The notes beneath the pieces are model-generated. The model was not told the DNA's origin. It did not search any database and saw only the letters and a program-made list of their open reading frames with translations. The translations under genes and the position numbers were made by a program. Shown here in pieces: positions 36,650-50,804 of a stretch of 64,000 bases of DNA. The first letter of the stretch is position 1; the number at the start of each line of letters is the position of its first letter. The stretch covers positions 806,001-870,000 of the forward strand of contig AP026132.1 of assembly GCA_030295235.1 (NCBI GenBank). The letters are read 5' to 3'. This stretch comes from Fistulifera solaris (lineage: Eukaryota).

Positions 36650-38182
36650 ATGTCGGTATCAAGGGGTGCCAATCGATACAGAGACCCATCTCGTTTCGTT
36701 TCACCAGTGTCCATTCCATTCGATGAAGCGCTTTTGGTTCGTGGGCGAACCGGAGATTCAATGCAGATCCAAGATAAAATTCGCTCAAATGGACAATTCA
36801 CTTGTATGCCTTCTGAAAAGACAGAAAAGGTCGATTCTCTGCCTTCCAAACAACAGTCGCGTCGTATAGATCCCGACACAAATCGATATGGGGATATTAC
36901 TTCATGGAACACGAACAGCGGCTTTCTCCAGTTCGTAGCAAGGCCCTGTGCCGCAAACACTACCGACAGCGTCTATCCATACGTTTATGAGAGGACTGAC
37001 TCGCTGCAATCCTTAGAGGATTTCTTGTCTGTGGCGGAGAACAACCCTTATACCTTGATTAAAGACCCCTTGGTTAAAGACCGACGGGAAGATAATGCTG
37101 ATAAATCAAGTCCGGTTGCCGAACGCGATTCTTTCCTTCAAGAAGCGTCACCAGAAGGGATCGCATTGACTAGCTCGGCTTCATCGGAAGATGTCTTCGC
37201 CGGGATTATAGCGACCGAAAAGATAGCAAGCGACAAAACAGGCGGACGAGCCCTTCGTGTGAACTCCAATCTGCATAAAACACAACATCGCGAAGAAAAC
37301 TCAACGTATTCTCTTTCTTCGGCATTACCAACAACTCGCTTGTCAAACGTAAAGCATCCAAAAGCGGCCAGTCAGGTTCCCTCTTCATCAGAATTCGAGG
37401 TGGAAAAGGAAATACTGACGCATCTCCCCCCTGGATGATCGGGTTGATATGGAGAAGGCAAAAATCAATGTTGTGTCCGATGGAGATACACACACAGTGA
37501 ATCAGTCGAACGTAGAACTGACTCTTGAAGACTTTGAAAAGGCAAAAGAAGGCGCGGCGCCAGACAACAGCCTCGTCAAGAGCGTTTCAAGAACTTTTTC
37601 TGTATGTCCCTCTCTGAACAGCAATAGCTCGAAGTCTTTCGTTCTAAAGCCTGTACGAATGCTGAAGAAATCTTGGTCAAAGCTGAAATCTGGTTACGGG
37701 AAAAGAAAAGTAAGGAAGTGATTCATGCAGAACCGATTACGAAAGACTGGGCTGGAAGTGCAAAATCCGCGACGGAGCAAAAGATTCCCTCGGACTCGAG
37801 TTTAAAACGTGAGCCTGCTGTTTCCATTGAAACCCTCCCTACTGTCAGCACGAAGAATTCAGCGGCATCGGCGCTCGAGCTTCCTGGAAAAGTTGCCTCG
37901 ATGAAGACAGGGAGAAAATCGCGGTCTCAGCGCCATCGTATCAGTGTTTCAAACCCTTCACACAGCTTTGCTTCTGAAAAGTCAGTATCCAACCCTTCTC
38001 CTTTGAAGCCACGTTCGATGAAAGGGTTCATAGATGACTGCAGCATTGTGTTTTCGAGAAGCGATTTCTCTTTCTCCTCTGAATACAGCAATAGTGAGAG
38101 TGATTGCAGTAGCGACTTTTCGGATGGCTCACTGTTCAATAATCCTCGAAAGCAGTCGCTCAAACAGCGACTGAGCTACTAA
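36650..38182 (+). CDS. Hypothetical Ser-rich low-complexity protein; frameshifts near 37430 and 37710
   Basis: Three abutting same-strand ORFs of like composition joined at homopolymers. Confidence 0.6.
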
Positions 38183-38848
38183 ATCCAGGGTCTTTACGTG
38201 TCCTCCAGGAAGAGTTTGTTGCCATGTTCGGTAAACCAGTACCGATGAGCAGACGGCGGAGATGAACGCGGTTCGTCACTTTTTAAAATGTTTTGAAGTC
38301 TCTTCTAAATTATCTGTAACTACGTATCAATAGCTTAAACGTCGTGTTGTTCAGCAATCACTTGGCAGTAGCTAGAGACAACATTAGACATTAGAGGATG
38401 CAGTAAGCAAACGCTGTGACACATTAAACAGGTCTATGATCTTCCAAGACTCCACTTACAGTGTACAACGAGAGAACGCCGACCCGGGACCCAGTGAATG
38501 AAACCGCGTATGGTGGAAGTTTCATACTTATTTGAGTCATACCCGTTGAAATGGTAACGGAGATCTATGTCGTTTAAATACTCAAATTTTCGGCCATGGT
38601 ATAACCTCGTCTCCGATCCGTTGAAAGCCAAAAGTACTGTAAATAGTCAAATATCATAACGATAGTCATCTTCCGCCGTCCGGTCCTACATAAGACTGTA
38701 CGATTTAGGGTGGAAAGTTCGAAAGGATCGAGTTGCGCAGGGAGAGGCTTTATTATTAATTTTTCATCGAAAGAGGTGCGAACGCAATAGGTCACAGGAA
38801 GAGGAATAAAATAGCTGTTGATCGAAAGTTCGGCTTAATAATCTAGAA

Positions 38849-40580
38849 ATGAGAGCAAAAGAGGGCGACAAGAATAGCAGGGCGGTCAGCCTTTGCGTCG
38901 CGCTGTCGCTGCTGAATTTTGTTTCTGGTCAATTTGCTACCTCCAGCCCACAGACTGTGTCTATCACGGACTTCCCTACACCTACCCCTGTCACGAACAT
39001 TCCTACACCTACCCCTGTCTCTCTGTTCCCGGATTCTTCCATTCCTCCAAGTTCCTTAGCATCGATCGGTGCGCCGACAGTCGTGGCCCCACCAATTAGC
39101 ACGTTTCCTCCAGCCATGATTCCCCCGCAACCGATTCCGACGGAGTCTCCGACGCTTTCTCCGACCGGCGGCGAAACCACTCCTCCAACGGGGCCTTTGG
39201 TAGACACAGAAGGAAGCGTCTATATCACTCTTTTCTATGTGTCAGACGTTATCCCCGAGAACTATGTGGACGCGTACGAACGACAGTGTGCTGTTTTCTT
39301 TAATGAAAAACTCAGCACGTTGACGGATCCAATATCGGGTGTTACATGCTCTTTCGTAGAACAGGAAATCGTGCCGAATGAAACGAGACTTCGACGTAGA
39401 GATTTGCAAGCTGAGACGACTCGACTACTCACTTTGATGGACGTCAAGGGAAAGATTTCGGAAGTCGCAGGCAGCCCCAGTGATATCAATCTTATTCTTC
39501 GATTCGCTGTACTCAACGATCCTGAAGGCTTCGCGAGAACCCTCCGGGAATCCACAGACACGGGCTTTTATTTCGAGCAGGTCGAAACGGTGGATGCATT
39601 TGACCCTGCAACGTTTACGCCCTACCCTACAGTTTCTCCTCCGGCGGGTCAGGCGGAAGACGATGACGGCTTGGAAGCTCCTGGAATTGTTGCTATCGTC
39701 ATCGGAATCGTTGCTTCCGCTATTCTCGCGTCTGGTATAACGTACTTTATCATGAGACGAGGCCAATCCAGCTCGGTCGGTGCCGCAGCGCCTACAAAAG
39801 AGAAGAAAGAGGATACCGCGCCAGAAATCGTCCGCGCTCAAGCCTTACCATTGGCTCACGTGGAATCGGTTCCTCCCCCGGCGGAGGAAAATCCGTCTCC
39901 TACAACAACAGATAAAACGACCACCGTGGAAGAGGATCTTCTTGACACAGAGGAGAAAGACATTCCTGTTGCGGCAGAAGATGACATTCCTGTCACTATG
40001 AACGGTAACATATCAGCGAACGACGATACCCCGACCAGCGATGACATCCCGACGAATGATGACATCCCAGCCAATAATGACATTCCTTCAAACGACGAGA
40101 TTCCTTTGAACACTGACAGTCCTGACGAAATGGAGGAGGACGATGATTTTCCCGTGACGACATCGACTTCCGTTATGGAAAGCGAAGGAGCGGATGCTTT
40201 GAGCTACGCATACAGCTTAGACGCTGGGAACGTGGACTCGCAAACCGGTGAAAGAGTGGGTGAATCAACCGTGGGAGGTGATCTATCAACAGAAGTTAGC
40301 GTGCGACCTAATATGATGTCGCGCGAAATTATGGCCCCGCCGGGAAAAATTAGGCATTGTAATTGATACAACACTAGAAGGACCAGTGGTCCACAAGGTC
40401 AATCCAGGAAGCGCTCTAGAAGACAAGATTTATCCTGGCGATATTATTGTTGCCATTGATGACGTTGACACCAGGGCTATGTCTGCCTCTGCTATAACTG
40501 CTCTTATGGTAAAGACGGCTAATCAAGAGCGCAGATTGACGGTGCTATCCGAAGAAGGTACGGTTTCTTCAGATACATAA
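38849..40580 (+). CDS. Type I membrane protein: signal peptide, Pro/Thr-rich region, RRRDLQ motif, TM, DDIP repeats, C-terminal PDZ domain; frameshift ~40345
   Basis: Repaired C-terminus [45 protein letters not shown] is PDZ-like. TM GIVAIVIGIVASAILASGITYFIM. Confidence 0.82.
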
Positions 40581-40661
40581 ACATACTTATTTGTTCGTTG
40601 TTCTATAGTGTGGAGAGTGGTTCCATAATTACTAAAGACTTAACCTAGTATTTCCGTAGCG

Positions 40662-42940
40662 CTACAAGCTTTCGGCATCAGTAAACTCGCTCAAGACATC
40701 ATTACTCATTGATGAGAAGATCATGCTTCGACTTCGCGGGGGTCTGCTATATTGCGTAGTATTCCTTTGCCTAGGCGTTTCAGCACTAGCTGAAACTCGC
40801 ACCCGAGTCAGGCGGTCATGCCATTGTTCCTCGAACTGTCCAAGATCATTTAATACTTCTCCTGTATGCGCGGCGTTGTCTAATTGCATTTGGAGAATGT
40901 TCTCGCCTACATCGGATTCCTTCTTTGCTAGTTTGTGAACACTATCCGTTTTCGTTTTCTTCTGTACCTTGTTCGTCGAATCTGCTCCGCATTCCAAATC
41001 AGTACAGATATCTTCAGAAGCAAGCGGATTCAGCGTGAACGACTCATTAAGCTTATTATTGCTTTCGTCTGACTTTCGGCGACGCCCAATAAATCTGGCA
41101 ATCAGTTTCTTATCTGCTAGTTTGGATTCTCCAGAAGACACACTGCTTTGAAGAATGTCGAGACCATGCAACGAGGAATCGAGACTTCCGCTTCCCTCTG
41201 TTCTTTCGGCGGAATTGGTTCTTGATTTACATTCCATATTTGCTCTTCTCGTAACTTGTTCAGCATCATGAGAGCTTTCAGATGCTACACTTGGCGGACC
41301 GAAAGCATCGCCTCTTTCAACGAGAACACCATCTGTAGCAAACCCGATGACTCGGGGAATCGATCGAACGCTGGAGGAAGCAGTATCCTTTGGTCGAGAG
41401 CGGTTCGCACCAACTTCCCGAGATTGTCGTGAGCGACGAATAATCAGCATGCTTACAACTATAGCAAGCACAGCTCCGCCTAGCAGCGCACCTGCAAGCA
41501 TTGTCGATGTTATTCCTTTGTTCGTGTCTGTGGGATTTTCTTCGCCTTGAATCTCTGTGATAATAGGCCCCTTGTCACTAACATCAACAGCCGGGAAGTA
41601 AGCCATAGATCCGAGCAGCGAAAGTAGTTCGTCCGAATAAGTGTGAAATGTCAAGGCCACAATGTTACTGAATGCAACGTTGTCAGGAAGTTTCACTTCG
41701 CTCCTAACTTGGAGCAGAATAGATAGCACAAATTCACTTGAATCATTCTCTTCTTGTAGCTTTCTTTGCTTGCCAAGGTTCTGATTCAAAATTTGACAAT
41801 CAATTTTGTTGTAATCGGCGTTGTATGTTTTCGGAAGAAACGTGGGAAGAAATTCCCTTTGCATAGATTCTGAAATATTCTCACATCATCTTCGTTCAGT
41901 TCGGTCTCTGCCAATGTAGTCAGGTCTAGAAGCTGAACAGTTGAATGAATTGTTTCGCCTTGTCCATTATTATCGGTGTCGACAAAAATTGACGGGGCAT
42001 CCGTAGGATTCTGAGATGGACCCGGGCTAGGAGTTGAGACTACTGGCTGTATCGGTTGTTGAGTCGGTTTTGGTGTTCGGCCATCGGAATCCACCTTACT
42101 TGCAGTAGGATGAGCGCTCGGAAGCTCAGTGACTGGATTCCTCGTCACACTGCCTTTCGCACTAGGTCTATTGCTGTTTAGCACAGTTGGAGGTCGGCTC
42201 CCTTTTCCAGTAACCTTAGTTGGTGTGAGACTACCGTTAGCAGTCGGTTTGTTGGTTTCCACTAAAGTCGGAATAGCGCTTGAAGTTTCAATATATGTCT
42301 CACTCGGAACAGCACTGGGTGAAAAGCTACGAATAGGGGCAGGAACGGGCGGAGAATAGATTGGTTGTCGACTCGCATCGTCTTCAAATACAAGAGTTGG
42401 AGCAAGACTTGGCGCGTCGCTAGGAGTGAGACTTGGTACATCACTAGGAATACCACTGAGCTCGTCGCTAGCAAATTGACTTGGGACTGAACTCGGAGCA
42501 TCGCTCGGCATCCGACTGATAACAAGAGAAGAATCGTAGGTTGCGTTTACGGATTGGGTCATCCCCTCCAAGAAGGAATTTGAGTTCTGCTGTGGTTTCT
42601 TTGGAATCGGTGGCTTCACAGAAGTAGAGCCAGAGACTAATGTATCTACACGTTGAGATTTCAACACCGGGTCGTCTTCTGTCGGTATAAGGAACCGACG
42701 TGACATTGACGTTTGACTAGAAACTGACAACGCAAGCCTTCCACCATCTTTCCAATACTCCGTTTTTTCTTTATGGAACGATTCATTCACCACTCTCTCA
42801 TCAGCATATCTGTCAAGGTAAGTTTTTGAGATACTGCTAGACGTCTTCGAGCTGGCCTGAATTCATGACGTGATCATTACTTACATGGCGCGCGAACCGA
42901 TTATACTATACAACAGTGCTAATACTGTAATCCCTCTCAT
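40662..42940 (-). CDS. Type I membrane protein: signal peptide, PSxxPS/PT mucin-like repeats, RKLQ motif, TM; frameshift ~41850
   Basis: Exon 1 42940-42885 (MRGITVLALLYSIIGSRA), intron 42810-42884 GTAAGT..CAG in frame. TM MLAGALLGGAVLAIVVSMLII. Confidence 0.78.
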
Positions 42941-43386
42941 TCTTGCGTGCTTGGATCAAAAATGATCGTTTGCGGCACCGCTATTGATTATTATCCGTCA
43001 AACTGGATCGTTGGCGTCGTCCAAATGATTGTCGTGGTTGGAGGGAGCCGTGACATGGTTTTTAGCGAAAAGTTTAGTTGTTGCGTCGCATAGTGAGGGT
43101 CGACATGCGATTGTGACTTAGTGTTACATAGAAGGCTGATATGTGTACATACTTTATATAAACAAATAAAGTTGTTTCAACGGAACCATTATCATTAAGT
43201 ATGACAAGTATTATAGCCTTTCTAGAGTACTAAATCCTGAGAAGTTCCTTTTTTTGAAAATGAAACCACAAAACACATTGTTTGCTGCGCATGCGGAGCG
43301 AGACGACTGCCATTTCAGCTGCAACAATCAAGCGAAATTTTACGATACAGAGCTTAAAAACTAACTGTGATTATATGGTTGTCAGC

Positions 43387-45110
43387 TCATTGCTTCCGTA
43401 TAAATGATGATGATGCTTCTCGTAATCGAAGCTTTCGGAGGACGTCTGTTTGTGCTTCAAGCGAATCTAAGGACACGGAATTTGCTGCAAGAAGACCAGA
43501 TCCAGCGACAGCAGGAACCCCAATGCCCGGGAAACAGGAGTCTCCACAAAGTAATAGGCCTTTCACGGGTGTACCTGGGAAAGGAAATGATGCCTCTCCC
43601 GCCTTTATAGCCGGTCCATAGGAGCCCTTGTAACGACGTAAGAATCTTTGATGTGTCAGCGGAGTTCCTACTCGGGATACGACAACGCGTTCTCGTATGT
43701 CAGGGATGACTTTTTCAATTGAACTCCACAGATACGCACTTCTTGACTCCTTAAGTTGTTGATACTCGATCGATTTGCGATCTAATCCTTCCCAGGTAGC
43801 AAAGTCTTCCGTGGCTGGTAGATATGCATGAAGAACTCCAAACCCCGGAGGAGCGAGAGATTCATCATGAACAGATGGAATGGAGAGTAAAACAGCGTTA
43901 TCGGCAGCTTCTACACCAAGGGACCAGTCTTTCATGAACATGTAATGTGCTTGTAGTTTAGCAAGCTCCTCACGGCTCGCTTTGAAACCAACATGTAAAT
44001 GCATAAAAGATTTTCCAACCGGTGTATCTTCACGCTCTTCAAGGAATGAAGCAGGAAAGTGTTTACGGTCCACTACTCCGCTTTTCAAAAGGTCCCATAT
44101 TGACATGTTTGAAACAACCGCCTTCTTTGCTCGAATTCTTTGTCCATTTTTTCGTAGAACAACGCCAACGGCCTGGCCTCTCTCGTCAACTTCAATTTTA
44201 TCAACATGCGAGCGACAGAAAATGTCTCCTCCATTTTTCTCGAGACCACGCACTAAAGCATCGACGATGCTCGTCGCCCCCGATCGTGGACAATCCATAA
44301 TTGCATCTGGTTCGTAGAATTCTCCCATCATCATGGCCATTTCTGCTGATATCGTTCCGGATGCCGGTAAACCGGATAAACAAAAACACAGTAGATCTAT
44401 CCAGTTCTTTAGAAACGTATTTTTCACTCCTGCTTGTTTCAATACCTCACTGTACGGTTGCGTTAGGAGAAGATTGTTCCAAGGCTGAGGATTCAATATC
44501 AGTTTCGGCAAAAATGGGGCCGCACTTTTGATGACGCCAATATCAGCACGAAGAGCAGCTGTCGGTAATGCGGCTACGGTAGCCGCAAGAGGCTCCATGA
44601 GTTTCATAAGCGATTTCCATTCGGCCTGAGCATTTCCAAATTGACTTAAAACATTACGATCGAACTCTGGAGTGTGCACAAATTCACCTTCCGGAAACAT
44701 CAAGCCAAAGGAGGTATAAGGGATGCATTCAACTCGTTCGTCGATCGCGTCTAGGACAGTGCGGAGTGGATTGGATGACTTTGGTGGCGAGTCTGGGTTC
44801 AGCCCGCTAAAAAGGAAGGCCCGGTGTCGAATTGAAATTTCAATCCATCTTTTTCGATCGAAAAACCGTGCGCCGCCCCTCCCGGGTGTGTGTGGGACTC
44901 GAACACGGCAACTTTGCTACCGTAAAGAGCCAGCATCGCGGCGCAACAAAGGCCTCCGATACCGCTACCCACTACAACGACGTCGTAGCTGTCGTTTGGT
45001 TGCGAAGCCATCGCACGCGAATTGCTTATTGTTGAGGGTCGAAAGCATGGCGTCGCCGTGAAGGCAGCAATTGCCGTCAGACGGACGGTCAACAGAAGAG
45101 CGTATCTCAT
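43387..45110 (-). CDS. CRTISO-like FAD-dependent carotenoid isomerase/oxidoreductase, plastid-targeted; frameshift ~44810
   Basis: Presequence ..AIAA-FTAT, DVVVVGSGIGGL, repaired FDTGPSFFSGL, SFMHLHVG, GTPLTHQRFL, GSYGP, CGDSCFPGIGVPAVAGSG. Confidence 0.9.
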
Positions 45111-45665
45111 GTCGTCCAAGAACTAAATGCTTGTCTTTTTGTTAACAATGTCTCTAACTTGGTGTTTTTCATGATTATTGCGATGTATATTTCTTTCTGG
45201 GTTGCCATCAATGACGTGTTGTCCTCGTCGCGATGCTTGCTCAATGTTTCACGGTAACCTAACCCAACTTTCCAGTCTATAGTCATTTTCTTACGTGTCG
45301 CACCATGAACCAATTTCAATACTTTGTACTGAGAAAAAATATCAATGAAGTCGCGCCATCACTATCGTACTTTCGAGTATCTGCAGTTCTTTCCTAAGTA
45401 CTTTCTAAGTATTTCTAAATATTTCGCTAAAAATGAGTGTTGGCGTGCATTTCCATAGTCCTTGGCGACACATTTAGAGGGGCAACGGAATGAGATTTAC
45501 TTTTTCCTTCCAATCCTATTTCGCTCGATGTATTCTTCCATCACTCGCCTGGTTAAAAAAAGAAAGCATACTTGAGTACGTGCATTTCAATTGTTTGTTC
45601 AAGCTGTCTACTGGTTAGACGATCAATGAGCTGACATCAACCAAGCTCTCAAAGGAAAGATTACC

Positions 45666-48600
45666 ATGGCAGACATAGACTCGCAAGTATCCTTTTCGGT
45701 GACGACGGAGAGTGGTGAAGTGCGTTCGATGACGCCGGAAGAGATTAACGCATTTGTTCGGCAACAAATTGAATTGGCTTCTTCACGGAAAAGCTCCACC
45801 ACACCAACTCAACAAACTCGTAGGATGCGATTGGCTCGGACTCCTTCGCCGATGAGCCGCTTTGGTCGCACCAACCCGCTATTATTCAAGCCCGGTGAGT
45901 CGAAAACAAACGCCGAGGACAGCCGAAGCGCGGAACTTTCACTCGACGAACTATTTCAACGAAATAGTTCAACTACCGCTAGGGATTTATCGGACGCCAG
46001 TTCGATTCAACCACATGGAATGCCCTCTGGGCGGCCGACGCTGAGCACGGAGGATGAGAAACGATCGTTATCTGTGGATAGACAGCGGCAATCGAGTAGC
46101 CCTGACCGACGCGATGGTATTACAGATTCTCCGGTGCAGTTCGATTATGATGCCGAGCGAAAGGCACGCGTTGAAAAACCACCATGCAGAGACTCCGAGT
46201 TAAAGATAGTGACTTCGCTGTCGTCTCCGAAGAAAGCAACACCAGGCCCAGAGTACGGAGGGTCCCCTGTCGAGAGCAGCGCTAGCCCTCAAGAGGAATC
46301 TGTTACTATACGACGCCGAAGTTCCACCCAAATGGATCGAAAATTAAAGAAGGCAGCCAGGAACAAAGCGTCTAGAAGACGAGCGGACTTATTTACTGCA
46401 ACGACATCTATAAATGCGTCTGAATCTGAGCCTTTTGATGAGAATGATCAATACAGCCAAATCTCTGATACCTCATCTACGTTATTCGACTCGGCCTTGT
46501 CTCAGAAGACTCGAGAGTTGTTGAAAGAGACCCGGGATATCAGAGCGAGAGAAAAGAAGTATCCAATGTCCCAGCCGCAGATCGATTCGCTTATCAAGCA
46601 ATCTATTAGCAAAGCTCGACAAGCGAGAAAAATAGCTTCCGATGAAACGGATCCCAGGGAGCCAGAACAAAAGACTTTGGAACCAAGATCGCGTTTTGAT
46701 GAGTTGACTGGTATGTCCCCTCTTGGAGGTAGAAGTCGACGATTTTCTTGGTCCTCCGTAGAGGACTTGGACGATGCATCCACGCTTGATGGTGTCAAGT
46801 CGCCGAAAGCTGCCCATGAAGTCAGCGAAGGAGAAGAACATCGCGCGACTGAAATGGTTTACAGTCCAACACGATCGGACATGCTCGCAACCAGGATGAG
46901 GTTACGCTCATCCAGGCTTCGATTCCATCAAGCCGCGGAAACATCAACGAAATCCAAGGCGAAGCTTACTCAGATGACGGAGCCGTCGATGAAACCAAGC
47001 GGTATATTTGGTGCTGGAAACAGTGAAGCAGCGCACGGAACCGACAATAATGTCGGAGAAGGAAACCAGACAAAACTTCGAGATGGATTGAGAGTTTCGA
47101 CGGAACCTTGCGCTTCTGATGCGCGCTCCCCTCTCAATTTGCCTTCTATTACAAGCGATCGCATTTATTCACAGGATGAGATCAGCGCCATTGTACTCTT
47201 ATCTATGGAAAAAGCTCAGCAAGCAGCCAGGGATGAGATTCGATCCTTGCTTCTTACACCAAAAGCCACTGATCCTAAATCACCGATAGCAGCAAAACTC
47301 GCAGCGAGACTTCGCGTTCCGTCCCAAGAGGAAGTGACATCGATCGCTCGCGAAGCTATGCATCGTGCTCGCGAAGCCGCCCAAGAAGAGATAAGAACTT
47401 TGATAAGAGAGTCTTTTCGATGTGCACAGGACTCTTCGCAAGAGCAAATTCGTCAAATAGTGAGGGATTCGATGCAACGCGCTAGAGCGTCAGCTAGAGA
47501 AGAAATGAGCGAGCTCGTGCGGAACATTCTTCGACAGGGAATGGACGATCAGCAGAAAAACCATCTTGGTAATACAGTAATCCAGAGAAATCCTGAAATG
47601 GTTGCAGCGGAAAAGCTCTTAATTTCAAAAGATAGGGATCATTCGGTTACGGATTCGCTGGCGCCGACCAATTGTGAGCGGCGTCCGAGCAGTCCTTCGA
47701 ATCAGAAATGCTTTGACGACCAAAATTGGAGGAGAATCAGACAGAAAAGCAAACTGTCTTCTCTCCTGACAAGGTGAAACGTGCTACGGAAGGGAACGGG
47801 GGTGAAGTGCTAACAAGTACAGACCCCCCAACACAGAACGCGAGCGAAGAGAAAATAAGGTCGTTGTTATCAGAAGAGGAGAAGTCTCTGATAGGAAGTT
47901 TTGGCCTCGACCTGAGACAAACACCGAAATCGAAATTTTCCTTCTCGCAAGTTGACACACAAGATGACGACCCGCTATTACCTCCACCAGAAAGCAGCGT
48001 CCAATCTTGTAAAGGAAACGATTCCCCAGTCAATCAGCTTTTCTTATCGAAGGACGATCAAGTCCAACCTGTCTCTGATGAGATTTTTGCTTCCACTGTC
48101 CATAATTCTAATAACCAGAGCGTGGACTGTAGTGAAATCAGCCCCACAACTCGAGAGTCGTCCTGTGGAAACCACTCTCCTCACGAGGCAAGTCAAACTT
48201 CAATCTCTTTTACGAAGGGACTTGAGGAAGTTGCCGAGAGCGATCATGCCAAATATTCTCCCCCTTCCTTTGACACACGTTGCACCCATGAAGAAAAAAT
48301 CATCGAAAATGGGAACCACGAAATTGGAGGAGACTCTCCAGAAGTAGCATCATCGCTCGGTGCCGGCGGGCTGGTTTCGCTTGTTGAAAGTGTGAACAAC
48401 AACGCTATCGAAGCTTTTGCAGCCGATTCTTCGATGATCGCGCTGAATGATGAACACTCTACGTCTGCATCAGAAGAATTTCCAGTCGACAACAATCGCA
48501 AAGTAAAGCAGCCCGCGCATCGCAGTAATGTCAAGCACCGGAGAAAAACTCGAATTGCTTCAAGTAAGCAGCACGTATCGGGAACAACACGTCCACCGAT

Positions 48601-49228
48601 GACATCGTCAGATGCTTCGACACATTCATCGTCCTCGGCGTCTGCAGATGACGAAAGTTCATCATCTTCTGCGAGCCAGCTGAGACGGAGAGGTAGAAAG
48701 AATCGGTACCGATCGAGTAACAACGAAGCCGTGGTTACGGATGAATTTTTACAACTAATTGCGTCCAAGAAAGGGAAGAGAATAACTGCCAAAGATCTTG
48801 GTGAGTTGATTCAGCAGCAACAGGTACCGGTACGCAGTCCCCAGGCCAAGAAAAAGAATCGTCATGCTAAGAGCAGGAGTACTGGTACAAATAATATTCG
48901 CGACTCGCAAAGCTTTGTAACACGGCCTCGGCCATCTTTCGAAAAACAGCCACCCTTCTGCATGGTGACCAACTTCATGAATTTCTGGGAAGATTTCGAT
49001 TTGTTCCTGGACGACGAGGGCTCGGATTACCACGGTAATGAGATTTTGTCGTTCTCAACTCGTGGAGAGTCGTATACGGATTTTGACGATGACGACTTTG
49101 AAGCAACTTCTACAGAGGAAGCTCCTTTTGATCCCAATATTGCTGTCTCATTCTCCTTGCAGCCAAGCGAAGATGATGACTCTTATCTTTCAGAGGAAGA
49201 GCTACCCAGACGGCGAGGGTGGTGGTAA
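45666..49228 (+). CDS. Large hypothetical, mostly disordered protein with 19-aa helical repeats; frameshift ~47720
   Basis: 703-aa and 500-aa ORFs overlap in different frames. Repeats of the form SQEEIRxLxRESMxRAxxA. Confidence 0.65.
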
Positions 49229-50804
49229 AGCGCCACACTCTCACGCGCCTTTCAGACACAAAGTAGCTTTATCGATTAATCTTAGATCATTCATTTTAAA
49301 GTTCCTGCTTTAGCCCAAGCTGACTTTCCCATTTCTTTCAAGTAGTATTGTTGACGGGGACACCTACCAGCGGTCCTGTGGAGAAATGTCGCTGATCAGT
49401 TCATCTTCGTGAAACCGTATACGAGTTTTACAACCTCAAAGCCTTCTTCGTCGACTACCGGTACTGTGTGACATTTGACGCGATTATTCTCCGTCAGCCT
49501 CGGAAAGTTAAAGTTGATGTAAATGATCACAATCTCAAAGGTCGTTGCAGTCCACGTTGTTGTTGTCGTCCTTGTGCCGAATTGAGTGGAACGAATGTTA
49601 TTGACTACGACTGAGGTGTCGACGAAACTTGCGTGAGCCCTTTTCTGTTCTTTATTGAAGCTCGTTTGCTACCTGGTAAAGTCAACAAAGTGTTCCTCGC
49701 ATCCCTCGCCCCGCCTTCCCCACAGAAACTTATGTCAATCCTAATCGCCGCCTCCCTTTCACATAGCTCGCATCACATAAACTGCATCCAAGTCAACTAC
49801 CAACCAAGAAGAACGTTGGTCGAATCTTTCGTGCGCGAAAGGAAAATACTATGTTTGGCTGAATCACTATCGTATAGCGCAGACGGGAGAGGTTGTCTCC
49901 TGAAAGTAGCAAAAGAGTGTGAAAGTCCGAGTGAGCACAATTTTTTCCACTCGCTTGCTTGATCGGCGCGGAGACCGCCTCTTCCCGACATTCCGAAACA
50001 AGACAAATTGCGTATAATGTAGGCCTGCGGAGCTGTTTGTCGCTTCTTCCAAGTGACGAACGTGAAATTACTTGGAGAGCAAAGCACTGACAACGGGCTG
50101 GAAGGCTTTGCTGGGGATAGACGACTGACTTTACAGCGACTAGAATCCAGACTCTACCGCTCGAAATGACTCACAGACACGCAGAAGCATTTGTTCCGCT
50201 TATCTATCTGCAAAAATACAGTATTCCAGCAAGTTTCCTCGGCGGGTTGCGACGCGAACGGCGAAAAATCCTCCGACCAGAGTGTGCGTGAATGCGCTCT
50301 TTGCAGATTTTCACGACGCGATGACTGAATGCTCAATGTAACCAAACTGCTGAATCTCTCGCTTGTAGTGGATGTTATGTTATAGACGTTGTAGCATTGT
50401 TTGCTTGTTTTCATAGAGCTTTCTAGGACGACGCGCGAACCGCGACAGTGTGATGAATTCATGACTGAAGTGTAGTCGTGGATTTTTGATACCACACTTT
50501 GTGGATAGATCCGCAAGACTTTTGATCGCTTTCTACCAAGAAATAAACAGCAGCTGGTGTTAAGAATGGTTACATCTTGAAGTGAAAATGTTATTTGAGC
50601 TTATTCAGCATGCATAACGGATGCAGGGTATTTAATATGTAAGCCCTATTGCTTACATTTATTAGATTCATGACTGAAACGCAGTCGTGGAGCATGGAGG
50701 ATAAAAAGCAAAACACAAAATGCGCTGAATGCAGTTTCACCATGGCGGTCGAGGCGATCATAATGATCCTTTTCATAACACAGTAGACGGATTGCTTTTC
50801 TAGC

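Noticed and set aside
49230..50800. Long gene-free gap as a possible transposon relic
   Set aside because: No terminal repeats, target-site duplication, or transposase/RT motifs found by eye.
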